Shown one piece after another: positions 40,450 through 50,437 of a stretch of 64,000 bases of DNA (the stretch's first letter is position 1; every line of letters starts with the position of its first letter). Source of the DNA: Amphiscolops sp. MND2022 (Eukaryota). The position numbers and the translations under genes were made by a program. Below the pieces are notes generated by a model. That model worked only from the letters and a program-made list of their open reading frames with translations. It made no database searches and was not told where the DNA came from. The stretch covers positions 48,548,001 through 48,612,000 of the forward strand of contig OZ076409.1 of NCBI GenBank assembly GCA_964187785.1. The letters are read 5' to 3'.

Positions 40450-42830
40450 TTCATGGACTTCTGCCTTTTAGCACGTGTCTTGAGGCTTCGTGCGACTTTG
40501 TTCTGAGTGTAATGACTCTCACCTTGAGCCATTTCGTCCATCCTTGTCATTTTAGATGATTAGGCTACATTTTCTGAACTGATTTCGTTCGCTTCTAGGA
40601 TTGCAGTCTCAGGCGTCCTACTGGACAACGAGTCCATTTGCGAAGACAGATTCTCTATCAGTTTGATGATTTCTCTCTGTCCTATTTCAGTCTCTTTTAG
40701 AATCTTTCCAACGGATTTCTCCACCCTTTCAGTATTCTCTGAGAAGTCCTTGTCTGAGATACTCGGTATATTCTCAGTCCTCAAGCTTGCTGTTTCAGGA
40801 TCTTCCACTGAACTAGCCGGCAAATCCCTCCTTGCTTTTCGTTTTGACGAGCGTGCATGCATTTTTAGTTCGTGATTGGTTCAGAGTTTAAGATTTCTTA
40901 TCTATTTTATCTTTCTTCGCTAAAATAATTGAGGGAAAAAGAGGTTTTGAACAATTTTATTGTTTAACATGGTTTGGAACGGTTGACAAATTGAGCTTTC
41001 AAAAAAATAGTTGTTACCTTCCTTCATGAAAACGGGGAAAATATTTCACATCGATTTCATGCTTTGTTCAGTCCGGCGTCCCTCGGAGACAAAAAACCAG
41101 AAGCTCAGTTCCGCCTTGTCGAACTCAGCCTTTCAGCTTGTTCATGCTTTCCTAGGAAAGCAAGCGTTCACTTCGGGTCTGAGTTGCGACTAAGCTTCAC
41201 TTTGCTCCCAATTCCCGCCCTTTCGAGACGCCGAAGCTGAACTTGGGAATGAAAATATGCGAATGAATCACCAAGCGTAACTGATGAGTGGAAAAAATGA
41301 ACAAAAATGATGACAGTCAAATGTTACAGATAGCTAAATATTTCTTGATTCGAGCTAAATCTTTGAAATTCTGTGCTAAGATTATAACTTAACTCGAAAC
41401 ACTGGATTTTGAGGATATTAAAGGTGTCAAAATCACATGAAGGAAAACTCCTGATCCCAGGCCGTAGTCCGGGATATTCAACAAATTAAAGATTTTTCCA
41501 TGGAAAACTTGTAATACAAACTGCATGTAATCACCAATTATCAATTAGGATTGCGAATACGTTATTTCGATTAGCAAAAGTAATCACCAAAATCATTGAA
41601 ACAATCCAGTTTTACAATTGAATATTTCTTTGACCTGGGACACGTCATGGGTCATGTTTATTGTATTTTGAAAGTCTAATTGGATCGTTAGCAAAAATTA
41701 CATAACCCGCATCTTTTCAACAATCATTTATATGCAATAAGTGAATATACAAGTTTTCAACAGCAGTGTACTCGTGACAATATTAGAGAGTAATAAGTTT
41801 TCTAGTTGAGGCCGCTTGCCAGGCTGTCGCTTCAATTCACATATTTGAGGCCGGCTGCCAGGCCGCGGTACTGTCATTCACTCTCTCAGGCCGTTTTGCT
41901 AGGCCGTGTGTTTCAATTGTTATTAATTATATAGCACTGTAATAAATACTATTATCTGTACAATATCTCTGTATTGGTCAGTGTACCGTATATATGTATC
42001 TTTTTATATTAGCGTACAAATATTAGTGTGAGTTTCTATGTAAAGATTATTTAATTTAGAGCCGCTATTATGAAATATTATTGAGACATAATTAAGTATT
42101 AACCGTTTTAAATGTTGTTTCTGTTCATTGTCTCTCTTTCTTTAAGTTCCCATTTCCTTCTCTATAGACTGAGAATTTGTATTGCAACAGCTCAGCTGGG
42201 GCTGTGGCACTGAGCAGTTCTCAATTTCATATAAAAGTGGAAGAAGGGAAAGAGTGGGGCAGTTTGTTTTACATACGTGGAAGAAAATAAGGAGAGGTAC
42301 TGCTCACTATGAAAAGTTTTGTTTACGTGGAAACTATTTTTTTGCAGTTGTCGTCTTAATTCTTTCTCGCATGACAAATAGTTTTTTCGTGGGTTATCTT
42401 GATGTAAATATATAAAGATCAATACACGTGTGACTTGGTTCTATTGATAGAATATAAAATTACTATTAAATGACCCTCAAAAAGATACAATTTAAGAAAA
42501 ACAAGGATTCCTAGTAACCATAATGCCCAATGGTTGTTACGTGTAAAAACGCATGAGAACATGTAACCAAAATTCCACCGAAACGCATGATACAGTATAC
42601 TCCACTACATTAAAAACGTATAATAGCGCATAATCAATCACTTTACATCGAAACGCATAATGACGTGTAATTACATATATTCCACGCAATAAAATAATAT
42701 CAGTGTAATAGCATTTATCAGAGTGGATATACGCTTGTCGTACTCCTGTTGTACGCCAGGTACAAAAGAATCCTGTTTCAAGTAGGCCTAACAGTATGAG
42801 GCTACATGACAATCTTATTAAAACGGGGCG
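40450..42830 (-). mobile_element. Remnant 5' portion (LTR-like region plus gag N-terminus) of a gypsy element possibly related to element 5
   Basis: ORF 40560-40862 has the same basic start, acidic stretch and coiled-coil layout as 55734-56246; ~35-bp AAACG(C/T)AT(G/A)A repeats at 42545-42690 resemble the reverse complement of the repeats at 55139-55303. Confidence 0.4.
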
Positions 42831-43239
42831 TTTAGTGTATAGGATTTGTTAAACATGCGAAATTTGGAGTCTTCGAGAATATGTCAGCTTCAACTTTTTC
42901 TTGGAACTGCCCGATGGCACTAGCACAACTGTAGGGTTACAACAAAATTCAACCAATGAAATTTTTCCAAATCAAAGTACAAGTTTACAATTTAGTCAGT
43001 ACAATAAGGATGTGTTTACGATGGACACATTTACGGTTTTTTCGGCACTATGCGACTGTTACTGTTTTTTAGCCGGGGCAAAACGTTTTGTTGCCAGGCT
43101 GCCCTTAGTGTGTTTCGGCACTGTATCACTGACTGAAGAAGTTTTTTAGAAAAACCAAATTCTCTGGTATAACTTATCAAAATACACCTCTGAAATGACT
43201 GTCCGTAGCGTTTCAGATAACAAAACGTTTCTCTCACTA

Positions 43240-43651
43240 CCGTATATTCCGGCGTATAAGCCCTTTTTGAATTTTTGGTGGTCAAAATTTTGGGGAGGGG
43301 GCTTATAAGACGAACATCATGTTTTATGATAAAACGAAGACCTTTTTCTAGAATCAAAATATTGGCATAATTTTTGAATTTCTGAAGAAGTCATTAGTCA
43401 CCCATATGATGACGAGTTGGATGACGAGTCAGAGGAAATGACAGGTGATGACTCCGATTTTAATCCCTGAGAGTTGAAAATTGATTTTATACCTCGAAAA
43501 TTCATTCAATTTACACTCATTAAGCTTTTATTGTCTTTTATTTTTCTTGATTTAGGGAGGAGAGCTTATGTGACGAACATACCGTTAATCAACAATTTCT
43601 CTTCAAAATTGGGCTTATACGGAGGGGGGGATTATATGCCGGATTATACGG
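43240..43651 (+). mobile_element. Tc1/mariner-superfamily (pogo/Tigger-like) MITE
   Basis: TA|CCGTATATTCCGGCGTATAA ... TTATATGCCGGATTATACGG|TA, 18/20 TIR match; acidic DDELDDESEE remnant at about 43408-43460. Confidence 0.85.
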
Positions 43652-45742
43652 TATTTCTGCCCTTGATCTTGAACAAAATAAGGATTGGGAAAGATTCGAT
43701 GGAATGTAATGAAATATTGGCAAGTTAAATCTGGTTTTGGTCTTTTATAAGAAAAAATTTCAATTTTAGAATTTGGAATGAGAGTTTCCATGAAAGTTTT
43801 GCCACAATCATGCAAAGTCAATTGAAGCCTTTCAAGATCTTGGTTTGTATTGCGCCAGATCCGAATTTTTCTTGAGGCATCTTCCAAGATCAGAAATTCT
43901 CGTGGGAATTCTTTAAAGTATTCGCTAGAATAAGGCATTATCTTGCAAGATCTTGGACGCGAAACCTGCAAGAAATGTGTCGAAAACTTCTGAAAGCTTA
44001 ACTATAGTAGAACAAGCCTGGAACGGCCCAAGTCAGCGCACCGCTAAAGGCACAGAAGTGTACCCGGAGACGTGACTTTAGAATGATTTGTTGACTAAAG
44101 ATTTTTCGAAAATTGAAAAAAATTATAGTACCGAAATCCTGACCCTAAAACTACATTGGACGCAAATTGTTTGAAATTTTCCCGAAGAATCGATAACGTT
44201 ATACAAGAAATGAAAACGCTATATCCGAGCTTTGAAAACAATACATCCGGACGTTGCATTGTTATAGAGTATATAATTATCAGATGTAGCATAGTTTTTT
44301 AAATGTAGCATTTGAACAACATTCATGGATATATTCGTCCTTTAGGGTCAATCTACAGCTTCCATTTAACTACCTTTTTTTGAGTGATATAATTCCACTA
44401 AACAACTGATAACAGAAGTGTTTCAGCCAAAAGTTCGATCTTTGTTTGGGAAAGTTAATTGTGCGGAACAGTTGCTCCAAACCTACGGGTTTCCTGGCTG
44501 CAGCATTATCTTTGAGCAACGTTGATTACGACGCTTTTCTTCTTGACAACCATTTCCTGTAGTTCGTTCGTTACCGTGTCCCTCTTACTTTCTTGTAGGG
44601 CATGTTCTTTTACAAGTATTGCCGAAAAAGTTTGAGGAAAGGCGTTTTTGGCTGCTTGTCAAATGATGATATCAATTGAGAATCTCGGATGGTTACCTTT
44701 TCATGTCGGTAAAAGGTCGATAATTTGTCTCTGTAGGTCGTTATAAACTTTTTGTAAGCGTAAAAAGGAATGAACTCCATTTGTCAAGGTCAACAAATCA
44801 GCTAATCTCAATATATAATTACTCGTACTGACAAAAACTTGCATTCCAGGACTGTCAAGGATTCTCAAGGACTGGTAAGGACTTGTCAAGTTCTAGACCA
44901 GTCCTTACCAGTCCTGGGAAATCCTGCTGTTCAGAAAGATACGCTGCTCAGGACTGGAACACGGAACACCCCAAAACCGATTCATGACTTATAAAGGCCA
45001 GAAAGGTGGTAGATTAGGTCGCAAAAACTTTTATTGGGTGCGGGAAAACGAACTTTTCAGTATATTATCTTACAAAAATCCTGAAAATAGTTTCTCATCA
45101 AATAATAATCTAAGGAGAACTCGAAAATATCGTTTTTTTTGCTGGCCAAATGAAAAACAGTCGACACTAGCAGGGCTACTAAGGAGCATGAAAAAGTCCC
45201 ATTCTACATCCCAATAATACATCAAATGAATGAGCAAAAACTATGTTGGATTTCTCGTACAATGAGATGTAAGGAGGGAGGAGGAAAGCTCATTTTCTAT
45301 TATTATAACCGGTACTATTGGACAGAGACAGAGTCTCGACTATGGGAGTAGTACGGGAACAGTTAGAACCGGGGCAAAATTGATGCAAAATACGCTTGAA
45401 AGCGACAGGAAAAACACGCAACTCGCTTTTGCTACTCAAATCGAAAATGGCCTCATCCTATATGCAACTTCCATATTTCATTGAAATTTCCCAAAAAAGC
45501 TAAGGACTTACCCAGGACTAGTCAGAAATTGCGATTTTTTTAGAAAAGTGGGGTGTTGTATTTTCACAAATGAGATGTGTTCTAGAACTTTGAATTAGAC
45601 TTTGTAACTAAAATGTGATAGCATCGAACTCAATATGATATAACAGTTTGTTTGTCTATAGTTTTTGTTTACAAAATTAGACAGGTAGTCTACGACCGAA
45701 ATACGATAGAGGTCATATTGATCGCATGAACCGTATGGCATT

Positions 45743-45746
<4 letters not shown>

Positions 45747-45783
<37 letters not shown>
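45747..45783. repeat. (CT)n microsatellite at the PPT position of element 4
   Basis: Read directly; abuts TTTCTCCTCT next to the LTR. Confidence 0.9.
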
Positions 45784-45786
<3 letters not shown>

Positions 45787-45910
45787 CTGTTTACATGTTT
45801 GAGGTTCCAGGTGCCGTCATGTCTTCCGGCATGAAGTCCGCGGGCTTCTGGACCTTCTTCGATTTTGCGGTGCTTCTTGTCTTGTTCCACATTGGACCTC
45901 TAACAGTCTT

Positions 45911-46260
45911 TATTATTTTCCGCCCATATTTCATATGGGAAAGGAAAATATTTAAATCAAACGGGTTTTTTTTTTACAAAATTTGCCAAGATTTTATTTA
46001 TATTTAAATTTAAGGGTGTTACCCATAGAATTCAACCCACATAAATTCAGCTTCGTGCGATATGTATTTGTAGAGATTTTTGAAGTTTTTTTAAAAAATG
46101 ACGAAAATGACGAAAATGACCCCTTAATGACAAAATGACCCCTTAATGACAAAATGACCCCGAAAATGACAAAAATTCCCAAATTTCTCATTTTTAAACA
46201 TTTTTATGCAATTTTTGCCATTTTTTGAGACACCGCGAATTAGAAAAATGGACAAGATGA
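45911..46260 (+). mobile_element. Short H2 family copy inserted in element 4
   Basis: Closely matches 37351-37680; contains local AAAATGAC(CCC) duplications. Confidence 0.8.
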
Positions 46261-46655
46261 ATCGAAGCTTTCTTTTCTTCGAACTTCTCAGCGTTTTTAT
46301 AGTGCATTAGTTATTCTTGAGCCTCAAATTTATGTAGTTGTAGAACAGTTCGGGGCGGAAAATATCCCGCTCCTCAGCGGGCGTCTTGTTAATTAATCCT
46401 ATCCAAAAATATTCTGTATAGGGTATGCTACCGTATTTATCCTGTTTATTGGTGTTCCGGTCTGATCGCCTTATTTTATTAGTAATATCGTCACCTTGTA
46501 GAATTTCGCCATTCGTATGTATTTGGATGACGTCGTTTTCCGGATCAGTTATGATACGTGCGTATCTCCCGCCTTTCTGGTATGTATCGTAGCTCTTTCC
46601 GATCTCGTCCGGCATTTCTTCTTCTTCTTCTTCTTCTTCTTCTTCTTCTTCTGTT

Positions 46656-49600
46656 TTATCGCCTTGCGGCATCAGTATCGGTTCCGTTTGTCTTCTTCAG
46701 TAAACTGAGGGTTTTGCATTTGTTCGTTGCTTGGTGTCTTGACATGTTTGTAAGCGCTATCAGGGAATCGCATCTAGGGCAGACTCCTTTCTTCGGGACG
46801 TATTTTCGAGCTGAAGGCAAGTCTTTCTGAGATGTTTCGAGACACTTTTTCATGTGGTTCTTCAGTGTGGCTTCTTGTGTGAAAGTCTTGCCGCATTTCT
46901 CGCATTGAGTTTCTTTTTGTTGCGAGTCGTGAAGCCTTTTCCTGTGTATAGCTAGGCCTGCTTTGCTTCTGCACACTTTGTCACAATTCTCGCATTGAAG
47001 GGTGTTTTCGGTTGGTGTTTTCGTCGATTCCCTTCTGTCTCTGATGATTTCATCGGGTTGGATTACGTGGTTGTGGCCTTGCTGTCTCTCATATTCTTCG
47101 AGGTGTTTTGCTCTGTTCCGTACGAGCGCTCTCCACTTGGTTCGATCGGTTATCAGGTGTTCAATATTGTTGGGATCCTCGCCGGCTTCATTGATAAGTT
47201 TGCGCCAGTATGTTATGGTGTTTCTGTGTGGGAGTTTTTTCGTCTTATTCTCTTCTTCTAGTTTGCTGTACCATCCTAGCACTGCCTGTTTCACCAACCT
47301 GTCATCGTTCATTCTCAGAACGTGGCCCATTCTTAGGAGGTGAGCTTCATCTATCTTCGTTCTGAGAGATGTTACATTCAGTAGTTCTCTGATGTCCGCC
47401 ATAATTAAGTGTTTCTCTTCCATCTGGCGTAGAGGTTGGCCATTCTTATCGCTCTAGATGTATCTATATCTCTTGTCCATGAAAGTCTGCATCCTTTTGA
47501 TCTCTTTCAGCTTGAACGGGCGAACCGATGCATTGAAGAGCATAGTGCTCTCTATGCAGGCTTCCACTACTTTGGCCTGTGTTCGCTTGGTCAGACGACA
47601 TTTCAGGAACCTCCTTTTGATGGTAGCTTAGTTCTTTCCCGCCCTTTGGATGCGTTTTGTTGTGTCACTATTGTTTTCCATCCACGTTCCAAGCATTCGA
47701 ATTTCTGTGTTGTTCTTCTCGTCGCCAAAAACCATTTTCGCCTCTTTGTCTAAGTTCGTTTCGTCTTCAAACTCGAGGAGACATCTTTCCACTATCCTCT
47801 TTCCCTCTTCTACTTCATCGTTGTGACCGATTACTGTTGTATCATCAGCGAAGAGAGAGAGAGCGTGAAAATTTTTTGGCTTGCATCCGAGTTTTGTTGA
47901 CCTCTGCGTTGTGGAGGAAATCTCTTTCCTGGTAAATACGACCATCTGATCCCGCATTGTTTTCCACTTCCCCGGCAGCTTCCTCCCGCTTGCTCTCTGC
48001 TATGCGAATAGCTGCTTGGTGATATATGTTGAAAAGTGCGGGTGAGGTAGCACACCCTTCCCTCAATCCTCTTTCTGGGTAGAATGCTGTACTCACACCC
48101 TCCGCACCTTTGCCCTTGTAGCTCGTGTGCTCGTGGAGGTCCATTAGTTTGTTTATTATGTTCTGTGGCAGTGAGTATCTTCTCAGCAGGGCCCAGAGGA
48201 TCGGCTTGTTTACTCGAGGGTATGCCTTCCTCAGGTCCAGTAATATGGCTTCTGCGTTGTCCGTGACATTTCTCGACCTTCGATACTGTTTGATGTCCTC
48301 ATTTATTCTGACGAAAATCTGTGTGGCGTCTGCGGTAGAGCGGTCAGCCCTGAAACCTGCCTGGTTCTCATCGAGAAGGCTGAGTTGCCCGGACCATTCT
48401 CGTATTCTCGTGGCAAGGACTCTGGCCAGTATTCTGCTCATAATCGGAAGTAGACAAACTCCTCTATAGTTGTTCATGTCCTTTTTGTCACCTTTTTTTA
48501 GAGGGCAATTATTTGTCCGACTTTCAATGATGCCGGCCACTCTTGAGCTCTATCTTCCCACATGCATTGTATTTTCTGGATGATGACTCGTTTGACCTCA
48601 TCGTCGGACTGTTTGATGAAGCGAAGTCTTATTACATCTTCACCTGCCGCCGAGTCTTTCATCTTGTTCATTTCCGCTATTATCTCGGGCGCGTTCAGGC
48701 TTCTCGATACCTTTTCGTTCGCTGCTTTTATGATCTCCTCTCCTACTTGAGAGGGACTGATTCTCTCCATTAGTGGGGCTATTTCCAGCGGGTCATTTTC
48801 ATGACGCTCAGATGTTATCTTCTGGAGGTGGTTTTTGAACTCTTCCTCACTAAAAAGGGGGACACTTGAGCTGTTATTGTAGTTCCTTCTTCTTTGGAGG
48901 AGGTTGAGTGTTGCGTACATTTTCCCGATCTGTCCTTTGGCGCACGCCTTTTTGCATTCCTCTGCCAGTTCGTTCCACCATTCTTCTTCCCTCTCTCTGA
49001 TTTTCCGTTTGTAGATTTTTCGATACGACTTGATCCGCTGTTTCAGGTTTTCCATTCTGTCGAGGTTATTGTCCGCTCGGTTCTGATTCCGTTCTTTCAG
49101 CAATGAAGTCAGTTTCTTTTGAAGTTCTCCGTGTTCATCGCTGTGTCTCGACATCCATGGATTTACCTGTCTGTTGCGGCGGCCACATACTTTGGCAGCA
49201 GTTTCTCCAATCATTCTCTGCAACTTTGTCCAGTCCTCTCTATCGGTTTCCGTCATCTGCTCGATCTCCTTCTTCGTTTCCACTTGGTATTTCGATGTTA
49301 TGTTGGGGTCACGTAGTTTTTCCCAATCAATGTTTGGGCATCGCTTTTTGAAGAACTTCCGTTTCTTCGTACTCAGAAATTCAGGTGACATTACGATCAT
49401 CTTCGCGTTGTGGTCGGAGAGGTTTCGGTGGTTCGCTGTTGACATTTTGCGAATTATTTTCTGTTTGTCTTTCCATTGCGTCGCAAAACCGTCCAGCTCG
49501 TACCACCTCTTTAAACTCTTGTTAAACCACGTGCCTCTGAAATTATGCGGGTACTGCGAGTTTATCCAGACGAGCTCGTTCTCTGTCAGCCAATCCAGAA

Positions 49601-50429
49601 GGTCTAGGCCTTGTGCGTTGGATGATCGTAGGCCAAAACGGTTTTCTTCCGCAATGTGGGCGTTGAAATCGCCGCCCATCAGGAAGAATTTTCCGTTTCC
49701 GTGTGTCGTCATTATTCTTTCTACTTCACTTCTCAGATTCTCCAGATCTTTCTCATAGTTTTCCGATCCAGCCACTGGTTGGTAAACTGATAGAATTATC
49801 GAGTGTTCTAATTTTATCCCTGTGACTCTTTCTGTCGCGAACCATTTGCGACCCTGGGATTCCCATAAGGCGTACATTTGTTCAGACAGGAGTACTGCCG
49901 TTTTTTGGGAGTAGATCAGGTAAGAGATCTTTTTCTCGTGTTGGTACGAGCGTATCCTTTTGTCTCGTGTGTTCAGTTCACTCAGGAGAGTGATGCTCCA
50001 TTTCTCTTCCATGCATCTTTTGACTTGTTCGCCGAATCTGCTACCGAACAGGTTCGCCCTGTTCACATTCCAGGTGGCTATTTTTATCTCTGTTCCCTCT
50101 AGTTGGTTTATTAAGGAAATCTTTTGCTTCTCTCTCTTTATTTCTCTTCGTTGTTTCCTTCTACAGCTCGTGTGTCCCGGCCCTGGATTGCTTTCAATGT
50201 CTGTTTCCAGAGCAGAACATTTGTAAACCCTCTGATGTCTTCGGTTGACAAACGTTGCCGATCGGTTCGCCTGTTTTCTTTTTGAAGAGGTGGACTGGTC
50301 GGCTAATCCAGCTACCCTCTGTTCCGGAGAGGCTCTTCCAGTTAGTACCTGGTATGTGCCCCCCAGCCTGAAATTTTTTTTGTCGTCAGAGACGTCCACT
50401 ACGCACCATGCGAGGAGGTTGAATTTCAT
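46656..50429 (-). pseudogene. LINE ORF: APE endonuclease, reverse transcriptase and C-terminal C2H2/C2HC fingers, frameshifted
   Basis: APE motifs ATWNV, SVYQP, GGDFNA, ELD, LSDH; RT motifs NYRGVCLL, QAGFR, DLRKAY, GLREGC, LFADD; fingers CENCDKVC...H...H, CEKCGKTF...H...C and CPRC; split over at least four ORFs. Confidence 0.93.
50178..50201 (-). other. 2A-like ribosomal skipping motif DIESNPGP
   Basis: Matches D(V/I)ExNPGP, in frame, about 30 aa upstream of the APE domain. Confidence 0.75.
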
Positions 50430-50437
50430 CGCCCAGC
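50370..50437 (-). ncRNA. HDV-like self-cleaving ribozyme at the LINE 5' end
   Basis: Reverse complement: GCTGGGC gat GAAATT ca ACC TCCTCGCAT GGT GCGTAGT GG a CGTC tct GACG a C aaaaaa AATTTC = P1, P2, P3, L3, P3', P1', P1.1 GG, P4, J4/2 C, P2'; the first G coincides with the TSD junction. Confidence 0.82.

Larger units (their letters stand above)
46622..50437 (-). mobile_element. Full-length RTE-like non-LTR retrotransposon (APE-RT-Zn fingers) with a (GAA)n tail
   Basis: TSD CCGGCATTTCTTC at 46609-46621 and 50438-50450; (GAA)n tail to 46651; single-ORF layout with no ORF1. Confidence 0.93.

Noticed and set aside
43660..45550. Additional DNA-element fragments (AAGATCTT- and AGGACT-rich blocks)
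   Set aside because: Probably repeat remnants, but boundaries, TIR pairs and TSDs could not be supported.
46307..46672. 121-aa poly-Glu protein
   Set aside because: Chimera of the LINE (GAA)n tail and the host element's integrase C-terminus.
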